In this document: piece by piece, positions 48,074 to 56,542 of the stretch
How the letters are laid out: every line of letters starts with the position of its first letter
Position numbering within the stretch: position 1 is the first letter of the stretch
Assembly (NCBI GenBank): GCA_027320085.1
Contig: DAHVLZ010000009.1
Coordinates: 32,001 to 96,000 of the forward strand
Reading direction: 5' to 3'
DNA: 64,000 bases
From: Pseudomonadota bacterium
GTDB lineage: Bacteria; Pseudomonadota; Gammaproteobacteria; JAKAQQ01
Notes under the pieces: generated by a model
What the model saw: only the letters and a program-made list of their open reading frames with translations
Told to the model about the DNA's origin: nothing
Database searches by the model: none
Translations under genes and position numbers: made by a program

Positions 48074-48514
48074 ATGCGTCAGGACTCTGGTTTTACCCTG
48101 ATCGAGCTCATGATCGTGATCCTGATCGTGGGCGTTCTCGCGACCATCGCGATCCCGGCCTACGAAAACGATATTGCAAGGGCCCAAGCCATGGAAGCGC
48201 TTTCGATCGCAGGCGGTCTCAAGCCGACGATCGCCTCGCTTTGGTGGAGCAACGGCAGCTTCACCGGCATCAACTCGGGACAAAACGGAATCCCGGAAGC
48301 GGCCAGCCTGGCCGGTCATTATGTGGCCCAGGTCGGGGTGAAAAACGGGATCATCCAGGCTGTCTTCAAGACTCACGGGGTCGTGCCCGGACTCGCCGGC
48401 AAAACGCTCACGCTGGAACCCCAATCCGCGAGCTATGGCGGCTCGATCCAGTGGGTCTGCAGCAGCGCGACCATCGATCCGACCCTTCTCCCCCATGCCT
48501 GTAACGGACCCTGA
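48074..48514 (+). CDS. Type IVa pilin (paralog 1)
   Basis: G/FTLIELMIV prepilin site, AIPAY, C-terminal Cys pair WVC..ACNGP. Confidence 0.92.
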   Translation: MRQDSGFTLIELMIVILIVGVLATIAIPAYENDIARAQAMEALSIAGGLKPTIASLWWSNGSFTGINSGQNGIPEAASLAGHYVAQVGVKNGIIQAVFKTHGVVPGLAGKTLTLEPQSASYGGSIQWVCSSATIDPTLLPHACNGP

Positions 48515-48566
48515 CAATTTGGGTCAGAAGGTGACGCAAAATGTCACTATCTGACAATAAATGTCA
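48512..48566. promoter_or_regulatory. Three tandem TGAC-N7-GTCA palindromes; putative PilR enhancer
   Basis: TGACaatttggGTCA (48512), TGACgcaaaatGTCA (48532), TGACaataaatGTCA (48552); exact 20-bp period. Confidence 0.75.
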
Positions 48567-48652
48567 TGCCTTTCTAGGATCTGGGCACCTGGTCCCAAGG
48601 AGCCATGCGGGAACTGGGCTTAAAGTCCGTGGACAGCATAATGGAACCAGTC

Positions 48653-48668
48653 TGGCATCAATCCTGCA
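48653..48668 (+). promoter_or_regulatory. Sigma54 -24/-12 promoter of pilA
   Basis: TGGCATCAATCCTGCA, about 90 bp downstream of the palindrome array. Confidence 0.8.
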
Positions 48669-48757
48669 GGTATACTTATGCGGGGATCCTTTGGGGAGAA
48701 CCCTTGGAACCGCGGCTAGGAATCGAGTCAACATTTATTTTTTAGAGGTAAAAAGCC

Positions 48758-49216
48758 ATGAACAGTCAAAAGGGGTTCACCCTGATCGAACTCATGATCG
48801 TGGTCGCGATCATCGGCATCCTGGCCGCCATTGCGATCCCGGCCTATGAGAACTACGTCGCGAAAGCCCAGTTCACCGAGGCGATTTCGCTCATCAGCGG
48901 CCAGAAGATCCCGGTCGCGAACTATTACATGCAGAACAATAGCTGCCCGGCGAGCGGGACCACGACCGGCTTCCCAAATGCCGCATCCATCGTCGGCAAG
49001 TACGTGGTCAGTGTGGCTGACGGCGGCACGTCCACTACGCTCGGAGGCTGCACGATCACGGCAACCTTCAAGACCACCGGCGTCAACTCGGGCCTTGCGG
49101 GCAACAACGTCGCGTTCACCATGCACATGGCCTCCCCAGGCGCACCCATGATCTGGGACTGCAGCAGCAGCACCATTTCCCAGTCGCTCATGCCGCGGAG
49201 CTGCAAAGGTACCTGA
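48758..49216 (+). CDS. pilA: Type IVa major pilin
   Basis: QKG/FTLIELMIVVAIIGILAAIAIPAY; strong AGAGGT RBS; own sigma54 promoter and terminator. Confidence 0.93.
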   Translation: MNSQKGFTLIELMIVVAIIGILAAIAIPAYENYVAKAQFTEAISLISGQKIPVANYYMQNNSCPASGTTTGFPNAASIVGKYVVSVADGGTSTTLGGCTITATFKTTGVNSGLAGNNVAFTMHMASPGAPMIWDCSSSTISQSLMPRSCKGT

Positions 49217-49256
49217 TCTACCTGATCTTTCAGTTGACCTCCTCTGGAAGGGATCT

Positions 49257-49282
49257 AGCCCCGCGCAAGCGGGGCTTTTTTT
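49257..49282 (+). terminator. Rho-independent terminator after pilA
   Basis: AGCCCCGC-GCAA-GCGGGGCT hairpin followed by a T run. Confidence 0.88.
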
Positions 49283-49352
49283 GGCACCGGGAGGGGGGTC
49301 TTGGAATGAGCGCGGCAACGGGCACGGATTCGTTACAATGAGGAAAGTCCGG

Positions 49353-49979
49353 ATGCCCCCCTTGTCACACGTCTTTTCCCTCTCTCCTGAACCCTGGCTC
49401 AAGATCCTCTGGATTTCCTGGGCGACAGTCTGGTTGATCGCCGCGCTCTGGACCGCTGGCTTCAAGCGCCGTCCGGTCGAGCAAAGTGAATGGCGTCTCT
49501 CCCGCCTGTCCATGGTCCTGGTCCTGATCCCGGCGTTTTTCCTCTGGACCCGACCCGCCGGATGGCTCCACCGTCCCCTCCTTCCGGGATTCTTCGTACT
49601 CCCGGGCCTCCTCATCTGTGCGGCTGGGATCGCTTTCTGTTTCTGGGCCCGTTTTGCGCTCAACCGGAACTGGAGCGGGATGGCCGTGCTCCGGATGGGG
49701 CATGAACTCGTCGAAAAAGGACCTTACCGTTACGTGCGGCATCCCATCTACTCGGGACTGCTCGTCTCGCTGGGCGGCACCGCCCTCGCACAAGGCCTAC
49801 CCCTCCGGTGGGTGGGCATCTGGTTCCTGAGCCTTATCGCCGTCTGGTTCAAGATCCTGGGCGAGGAACATCTCCTCGCCGAACGCTTTGGACAGGAGTT
49901 CAAAGCCTTCCGGGAGTCGACCCCCGCACTTTTCCCGCGCCTCACCCGGAGGCGAGGGCAGGCTTCCTCCCTTCCTTGA
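49353..49979 (+). CDS. Isoprenylcysteine carboxyl methyltransferase (ICMT/Ste14) family membrane protein
   Basis: Multi-TM; GHELVEKGPYRYVRHPIYSG and EEHLLAERFG motifs; start 49338 or 49353. Confidence 0.85.
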   Translation: MPPLSHVFSLSPEPWLKILWISWATVWLIAALWTAGFKRRPVEQSEWRLSRLSMVLVLIPAFFLWTRPAGWLHRPLLPGFFVLPGLLICAAGIAFCFWARFALNRNWSGMAVLRMGHELVEKGPYRYVRHPIYSGLLVSLGGTALAQGLPLRWVGIWFLSLIAVWFKILGEEHLLAERFGQEFKAFRESTPALFPRLTRRRGQASSLP

Positions 49980-52042
49980 GTGCGCCTCAAGCCCAGATCG
50001 TGATCCCAGATAAGCCGGGTGAGCCCGGCTGGTTCCGCCGCCACCTCTGGGGAATCCTGGTCTGCCTGGCCTTTGGGCTTACGGGGGCCATCTATGCTCT
50101 AGGCCTCTCGGGCGGATGGATCCTCGATGACCTGACGAACATCGTGCAGAACCCGGCGCTCTACATCCATCCCTGGAGTTACGGGGCCGTCATGCACGCC
50201 GTCTTCTCCTTCGATGCCGGACCGCTCCGCCGCCCGATCAGCATGCTCACCTTCGCCCTCAACCGGACGTTTTTCGGGCCCGGACCCTTTTCCTTCAAGA
50301 TCACGAATCTCGCCCTTGAGCTCCTCAACGGCCTTTTGCTCCTGGGGTTCACCCGCCGGCTGCTTAGGATCGGACGGACCCGTTGGTCCAAGGACTGGAC
50401 CGATCGCGAAATCGACTACACGGCGCTTGCCGTGGTCGCCGCCTGGCTCCTCCTCCCCCTCAACGTCACCTCGGTGCTCTATGTCGTCCAGCGGGAAGCG
50501 GCTCTGGCCGCCACCTTCACGATCGCGGGTGCCTGGTTTTACCTGGCTGCCCGCGAGCGGCAAATCGAGCGTGGGGAGGGCTGGATCCCGCTCACCACCG
50601 GCCTTGCCCTCTTTCTCGTCCTGGCCAGTCTGGCCAAGGAGTCGGGTGCCCTCCTCGTCGCCTACGTCTTCCTCATAGAGGCGCTGTTGTTCCGTTTCAG
50701 GAACCGGTCGGGGCGGACGAGCCGGGGGATTCTTCTTTTTTATCTCGCCTTTCTCGTCCTGCCGGCTCTCGGGGGACTCGCCTGGACCTATGAAACCGGA
50801 CTCTTGAGCTATACCGGCCGACCATTCACCCTCGGGGAGCGACTGCTCAGCGAAAACCGGGTGGTGCTCCACTACATCGGCTGGGCGCTCCTGCCGAACC
50901 TGGCGGACTTCACGGTCTTCCATCACCTGATCCCATCCACGGGCTGGCTCCGCCCCCCCTCGACCCTCTTTTCTGCCCTGGCCCTGGCTGCCCTCCTCGT
51001 CCTGGCCTTTCTCCTGCGCCGGAAAAATCCTCTCATGGCCCTCGGGATCGGCTGGTTTTTCGTGGGCCAGCTCATGGAATCGACGGTCTTCCCGCTTGAG
51101 CTGGTCTTCGAACAGCGCAACTACCTCGCGGACTGGGGGCTCGTCCTCCTCGTCTTCTCGCTGCTCCTCCTGGCCGAACCCCGCCTACGCCACCGCTCCG
51201 CACGAATCACGGTCGCCCTCCTGCTCATGGCCTTCTACGCCTCCGTGACGGCCCAGTGGACCTGGGCGTGGCGCAACAACGTCGCCCTGGCACTCGATCA
51301 GGCCACCTTCCACCCTCACTCACCCCGCGCGACCTATTTCCTTGGGGAAGAACTGAGTGACCTCACCCTGGGGGGCGATACCAAGCTCTATCCGGCTGCC
51401 GTGGTGGCCCTCGACCGGGCCGGACGGTTACCGAATGCCGATCTTCTGCCTGATGCGGCCAAGGTGATCCTGAGCCAGGAAACCGGGCACCCGACCGAAG
51501 CCCAATGGTTCGCCGAGATGGAGGCCAAGCTCCGGAGTCACGTGCTCACCGTGAGTGATCTCGAAGCCCTCCAGGGCATGGTCAACTGTGAAACCGCCCA
51601 CCACTGTCATCTACCCCCGCCCTGGATGAAGGCCCTGTTCCGGGCCGCACTCGAAAGCCCACGGATCAACGAACTGCCCTTCATCAAGGGGAACCTTCTC
51701 GTCCTGGACGGCAATTGGAGATTCGACGATCACCTGCCCATGGCCTCGATCCGCCGGCTCAATGCCCTGGCCGCCCGTCTCAATCCCGGGGTCCCCCAAT
51801 ACCGGATCAACCTGGCCTCAATCGATCTCGCCATGGGCAACCTGAAGGCCGCCCGCCGCGATCTGGCCCTGCTCCAATCCATGAACTGGCTGGGCCGGAT
51901 GAGCCCCGCCATCCACCTGCTCGAAACACAGATCCGGAACTACCGGAAACCCTCACCCCAGGCTACGGTGAAAACACACACCCAGGCGAGCCCCGCCCCG
52001 GGCCATCAGGGCCCACTCGCCCGCCGCCAACCGAAACGGTAG
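49976..52042 (+). CDS. GT-C fold membrane glycosyltransferase (TMTC/TfpW-like), putative pilin glycosylation
   Basis: Loop-1 DD (WILDD), RRPISMLTFALN, YVVQRE, KES, FEQRNY, many TMs, TPR-like tail; TTGA overlap with the ICMT gene. Confidence 0.7.
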   Translation: MSAPQAQIVIPDKPGEPGWFRRHLWGILVCLAFGLTGAIYALGLSGGWILDDLTNIVQNPALYIHPWSYGAVMHAVFSFDAGPLRRPISMLTFALNRTFFGPGPFSFKITNLALELLNGLLLLGFTRRLLRIGRTRWSKDWTDREIDYTALAVVAAWLLLPLNVTSVLYVVQREAALAATFTIAGAWFYLAARERQIERGEGWIPLTTGLALFLVLASLAKESGALLVAYVFLIEALLFRFRNRSGRTSRGILLFYLAFLVLPALGGLAWTYETGLLSYTGRPFTLGERLLSENRVVLHYIGWALLPNLADFTVFHHLIPSTGWLRPPSTLFSALALAALLVLAFLLRRKNPLMALGIGWFFVGQLMESTVFPLELVFEQRNYLADWGLVLLVFSLLLLAEPRLRHRSARITVALLLMAFYASVTAQWTWAWRNNVALALDQATFHPHSPRATYFLGEELSDLTLGGDTKLYPAAVVALDRAGRLPNADLLPDAAKVILSQETGHPTEAQWFAEMEAKLRSHVLTVSDLEALQGMVNCETAHHCHLPPPWMKALFRAALESPRINELPFIKGNLLVLDGNWRFDDHLPMASIRRLNALAARLNPGVPQYRINLASIDLAMGNLKAARRDLALLQSMNWLGRMSPAIHLLETQIRNYRKPSPQATVKTHTQASPAPGHQGPLARRQPKR

Positions 52043-55000
52043 AGCCCGGCATAGACCACGGGGGCCAGCCAGAGCGACGTCAGGGCACTCAGGGTGAGTC
52101 CGCCCATGACGGCGACGGCGAGTGGCTTGAGAAGATCGGTTCCATGACCGATGCTGACCGCGAGCGGCAGGAAGCCCAGGACATCCGCCAGCATGGTCAT
52201 GAGGATGGGCCGCAAGCGTTGCCGTGCCGCCCAGGCGACCAGGCGGGGTGCGGGCGAGGTTCCACCCAACTGGTGGGCACGCGCGAAAATCAGGATGACG
52301 TTGTTGACCCCGATGGCAAAGACCAGAAGCACGCCCAGAAAGGCCGTGCTGTCCAGATTGATGCCGCTGATCCAGAGTGCGAGAAAGGCCCCGCTTCCTG
52401 CCAGCGCCGTCGCAAAAAGGGCGGAGATGGCCGCCCGCTGGCTGCTGAATTGCAACCCCAGGAGGATGAGCAGCATGAACAGCGCACCGGTCAGGATGAG
52501 TACCATCTGCTGGAAACTTTTCTTCTGTTGCCGGTAGTAGCCCCCGATCACGGGCGTGATCCCCGGCGGCAGGTGGAGTTTCAGGATGATCCGCTGGGCA
52601 CGGGCGGCCGCGACGCTCAATCCCTCCCCCGATTTGGGTTGAAGCTTGATCAGGGAGTAAGGGACGAGATTCTGGTGCGTCACGTAGGGAACGATACCCT
52701 GAAGATCGAGATGCACCACCCGGTTGAGCGGCGTATAGGTACCGCCGGGCAGACGCAGGGGGAGTTTTCCGAGGTTCATGGGATCGGTGCGGACGGAGGG
52801 CACCACCCGGACCCGGATGGGGAGAATTTGTTCCCCCCGGGTGAGAAAACCGGCACGCCGACCCCAGAAGTCCGTTTTCAGGCTCGCCGCGATGGCCGGC
52901 GGGGTGAGTCCGTAGAGGGCTGCCAGGATCCGGGGAGTCACCCGGAGTTCCGGCCCGGCCGAGGGGGACTTGAAAACCAGGGAATTGAAATCGTGGCTCC
53001 GTCTCAAGGCCGAGAGGAGACGGCGGCCATCGGCGCGGAGCACGAGCGAATCGGATCCGAAGAGCTGGATTTGAAGCGGTGCGTGGGATCCTGAGAGATT
53101 GCCCAGCCGGTTGATCATGACCTGCATGGTCTCGAGCGTGGTGAGATCGGGGGCCTTTGCCCGGAACGCGTGCCGGAGCTCGGTCATGACCTTCCGGGTG
53201 CTTTGCGGATGGTGGGGCTTGAGCACGACCACAAGCCCTCCCTTGTTCGGCGTGGCGTAGCGGTTGCCGAATCCGCGTCCGATGACGAGCGAAGCACGTT
53301 CGACATTGGGATTCCGGAGGGCCACCGCCATGAGATCGCGTCCCACCCGTTCGGTTTCCCGAACCCCGTTCCCGACTGGTGTCCGGAACGGAACCACGAA
53401 AATTCCCTCGTCCCAATGGGGCAGAAAGGCCGTCGGCAGGTGGGTCACGGCCAGGAGGGCACCCCCGCCCACGAGACCGATGACCGGGAGGGCAAGCCAC
53501 GGTTTCCGCATGCCCAGAACGAGCAGTCGGCCATGGCTTTTTCGTAATGCCCGCTCACCGGGCAGGCGGTGCGGTCGGCGCGGGCGTTGGGCAATCGAAA
53601 GGGTGAGGAGCGGCGTCAGGACGAGGGCCACAATCTGGGAGGTGACCAAGGCCACGATCACCGCCCAGGCCATGTCCCGGAACAAAAGCCCGATCGTTCC
53701 CGAGAGAAAGGCCAGCGGAACGAAGATGACACAAGAGGTCATCGTGGCCAGGGACATGAGCGGCAGGATCTCTCCCACGCGGGCCAGGGCATGTCGGCGG
53801 CGTTCTTCCGCACTGCCTTCCCGGGGGCCATGGAGGCCCCGCTCCATGACCACAATGGCATGATCGACAAGCGCACCGATGGCAGCCGTGATGCCACCCA
53901 GCGTCATGATGTTGATTCCGAACCCGAGCGCCTGAAGGACCAGAAGGGTGGCGGCCACCGAGAGCGGAACCACCGTGAGGGTCGCGAGAGCCGCGTCCCA
54001 GCGACCCAGGAAGAGCAGCACCACGAGCCAAGCAATCAGGCTGCCGAGCAGGAGGGCCATCCAGACGTCGCGCAGGCTGGATCCGATCAGCCGACTCAAG
54101 TTGTAGATGGGTACAAGATGGATGCCTGGTGGCAGATGGGATTTCATCTGGTCGAGGCGGGAGGCAATGGCACGGGCGACCCCATCCTGGTTGACCCCCC
54201 GGTCCGCCGAAACGTCGATCACGAGCGCGTGCCGCCACCCGGCAACCGCCGCTTCCCGGACGAGAGGGGGCGGACGGATCCGGATCTTCGCGATGGCTCC
54301 CAGGGCCAGCGGGGCCCGGGAGAGCACCCCCGGCGCGCTCTGGGTGACCAGGGGTTCGGGGCCCGACAGCTCGTCGGCCGCGGGTGAAGCCCTGCTGGAG
54401 TTTTCCCCGAGTGGCAGGCTCAGGGCCTCGAGGTCCTTCGGATTGAGCGGCCGCGGAGTCGTCGCCAGGAGGAATTGCTCGTGGAAGACATTGAGGATGC
54501 CCGAGAAGAACGGCCCCTGTTCGGTCCGCAGGAGGTTCACGACGGCTGAGGCGCTCAGGTGGTATTCCGCAAGACGCCGTTCCCGGAGATCGACGTCAAC
54601 CTCCGGCCAGCCCCGTCCCGTATCGTTGACCTCATAGACTCCCGGGAGGGCCAGGAGGGCCGGCCGGACCTGGAAGGCGAAGGTGGGCATGAGAGCCGAG
54701 CTGTTGAACCGGTTGGAAACCAGCGCGTATTCGGCCAGGGGATAGATATTGGGCATCATGAGCCGTTCGCTGATCGTGGCTCCGGGGGGTAGCGTGATCG
54801 CAGCCAGCCGGGCCTGCAAAAGCAGATAGGCGAGTTCCGGATTGATCCCGCGGGCAAAATACACGTGAAGCTTGGTAAGCCCGTTGCCCGTCTGCGAACG
54901 AACCATCCGGACTCCGGGCTCTCCCTTGGCCGCTTGTTCCAGCGGCCGGGTGACCTCGAGCAGCATGAAGCGGACGGGCAAATTGTTCGTATGGACCAGA

Positions 55001-55143
55001 ACCGCGACTTTGGGAAAATCGACGTTTGGGAAAATGCTTTTCGGGAGTGAGTGGTAAGCCAAAAACCCACCGGTCAGAACCAGGACCGGCAACAAAAGGG
55101 CCGTGAAGCGGTTCGCCCAGAGGAAATCGAGGTACCGTCGCAT
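52006..55143 (-). CDS. RND efflux permease (AcrB/CusA family)
   Basis: About 1045 aa; NIMTLGG, VDHAIVVME, FLPHWDEG, RLRPILMT, PLAVAVMGGL. Confidence 0.9.
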   Translation of the reverse strand: MRRYLDFLWANRFTALLLPVLVLTGGFLAYHSLPKSIFPNVDFPKVAVLVHTNNLPVRFMLLEVTRPLEQAAKGEPGVRMVRSQTGNGLTKLHVYFARGINPELAYLLLQARLAAITLPPGATISERLMMPNIYPLAEYALVSNRFNSSALMPTFAFQVRPALLALPGVYEVNDTGRGWPEVDVDLRERRLAEYHLSASAVVNLLRTEQGPFFSGILNVFHEQFLLATTPRPLNPKDLEALSLPLGENSSRASPAADELSGPEPLVTQSAPGVLSRAPLALGAIAKIRIRPPPLVREAAVAGWRHALVIDVSADRGVNQDGVARAIASRLDQMKSHLPPGIHLVPIYNLSRLIGSSLRDVWMALLLGSLIAWLVVLLFLGRWDAALATLTVVPLSVAATLLVLQALGFGINIMTLGGITAAIGALVDHAIVVMERGLHGPREGSAEERRRHALARVGEILPLMSLATMTSCVIFVPLAFLSGTIGLLFRDMAWAVIVALVTSQIVALVLTPLLTLSIAQRPRRPHRLPGERALRKSHGRLLVLGMRKPWLALPVIGLVGGGALLAVTHLPTAFLPHWDEGIFVVPFRTPVGNGVRETERVGRDLMAVALRNPNVERASLVIGRGFGNRYATPNKGGLVVVLKPHHPQSTRKVMTELRHAFRAKAPDLTTLETMQVMINRLGNLSGSHAPLQIQLFGSDSLVLRADGRRLLSALRRSHDFNSLVFKSPSAGPELRVTPRILAALYGLTPPAIAASLKTDFWGRRAGFLTRGEQILPIRVRVVPSVRTDPMNLGKLPLRLPGGTYTPLNRVVHLDLQGIVPYVTHQNLVPYSLIKLQPKSGEGLSVAAARAQRIILKLHLPPGITPVIGGYYRQQKKSFQQMVLILTGALFMLLILLGLQFSSQRAAISALFATALAGSGAFLALWISGINLDSTAFLGVLLVFAIGVNNVILIFARAHQLGGTSPAPRLVAWAARQRLRPILMTMLADVLGFLPLAVSIGHGTDLLKPLAVAVMGGLTLSALTSLWLAPVVYAGLYRFGWRRASGP

Positions 55144-56204
55144 CAGGGGTGGATCTCGACCGCGCTCCCCGACCGCAACCGGGTGTTTCCCACCACGACC
55201 ACCGCTTCGCCCGCCTTGAGATTCCCCAAGACATAGGCCCCCCGCCGCCGATTGGTCAAAAGCCGCACCGGAACGGCAAAGGCATGTCCACCCCGGACCA
55301 CGTAGACGTAACTCTGATCCCCATGCATGACAATGGCCGGGACAGGCACACGAAAGGCCTGCCCGGACTGGACGGGGATCCGGCAGTGGAGCCACTGTCC
55401 TGGTAACAGGGGATCGGCGAGCGGGAGGTCAATGTAGACCCGGACGAGGCCATAGTGGCTCGCGCGGTTGCCGATGTTGCGCACGGTTCCCGTTCCCTGC
55501 CAGTGGGAAAGGCGCAGTCCGACAGGTTCGCCGGCATGGATCCGCTTCACGATCGCGGGAGGAACCAGGGCCTCGGCCCAGATCCGGCCACGGCCCATCA
55601 GGGTCATGATGGGCAACGCCGTCGGCACGATGGCACCCGGTGCCACGAGGTAGCGGATTGTTCCGGAAAACGGGGCCCGCAAGACCTGCGCTGATGCTTC
55701 GGCGACGAGCGAGCGCAACTGGCTCCGGGCTTCCGCCAGGGAAAGCCTGAGGTTGTCCACCACCTCGCGTGCCACCAGGCCCTTCTTGAGCAGCAGGCTG
55801 TAGCGGGCCAGCTTGGTTCGGGCGTAGAGGGCCTGGGCGCGGGCGGCTGCGATCTGCGCACGCAACCCGACCGGGGCAATCCGCATCAGGATGGCCCCCT
55901 CCCGGACAAAACCGGGCGGCTGGTAGGGTCCCACCACCCGCCCCCCGACCGGGGCGGTGAGTGTAATCTGGTTGTTGCTGCGAATTCTCCCGAGCGTCCG
56001 GAAGAACCGGTGCCAGGGTCTTGCCTGGATGGGAGCCACACTCACCCGAAGACCCTGGGCCCCGGCACAGGGGATGGCGGCAAAACAAAAAAGGAGGAGA
56101 AGAACCCGGTACCGGTTCCAGTGCGATTCATTCCCAACGGACGGGCTGGCTGGAAGCACAGGTTCGGGGACGGGCGGCTTCAGTCTATCGCAGCATTCAA
56201 TCAT
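55143..56204 (-). CDS. RND periplasmic adaptor (MFP)
   Basis: Lipoyl halves (APVGGRV, LRAPFSGTI), helical hairpin, GNLKAGEAVVVVG; TGATG coupling to the permease. Confidence 0.85.
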   Translation of the reverse strand: MIECCDRLKPPVPEPVLPASPSVGNESHWNRYRVLLLLFCFAAIPCAGAQGLRVSVAPIQARPWHRFFRTLGRIRSNNQITLTAPVGGRVVGPYQPPGFVREGAILMRIAPVGLRAQIAAARAQALYARTKLARYSLLLKKGLVAREVVDNLRLSLAEARSQLRSLVAEASAQVLRAPFSGTIRYLVAPGAIVPTALPIMTLMGRGRIWAEALVPPAIVKRIHAGEPVGLRLSHWQGTGTVRNIGNRASHYGLVRVYIDLPLADPLLPGQWLHCRIPVQSGQAFRVPVPAIVMHGDQSYVYVVRGGHAFAVPVRLLTNRRRGAYVLGNLKAGEAVVVVGNTRLRSGSAVEIHP

Positions 56205-56542
56205 CCGAACCTCGCAAGTCGCAGCGCCTCAAAACCAACCGGCAGACACCCTGAACCCGTCCCTGATCCAGGGCAGAGCACTACGGCAACCCCCCCCGTT
56301 CCCGAAAGAACCCCTGGGGGCAGTATATCCCAAGGCATCCGGCCGGGATCGGAAACTGCAACCAAGCGGGCGCCATGGTAGCCTTCCCGGCAGGTCCGTT
56401 GTCTCCCTGCATGCCAGCAGTGGCGGGATCACGCTTCGCAAAGCCCCCAATCCTGCGGCTTGAACGACAGTGGACGGGAACAGATCCGTGGCACGGTAGT
56501 AGAGTCCAGATGAACTTTTACAGATGGCTGGGGTCGGATCAG

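Noticed and set aside
48512-48566. CRISPR or mini-array interpretation of the 20-bp periodic repeats
   Set aside because: Units are too short, there are no spacers or cas genes, and the position fits a sigma54 enhancer
49211-49228. 9-bp tandem repeat ACCTGATCT x2 at the pilA stop
   Set aside because: Only two copies, with no IS ends or array; likely a slippage duplication
49340-49352. GAGGAAAGTCCGG, matching the RNase P RNA P4 5' motif
   Set aside because: No matching 3' P4 strand at about 300 nt; the AGAACCCGGC near 50148 is about 800 nt away and encodes QNP. The motif doubles as a possible RBS of the ICMT gene.
56205-56508. Possible riboswitch or sRNA in the MFP-opgG spacer
   Set aside because: No recognisable motif or convincing long stem by eye; consistent with a divergent promoter region
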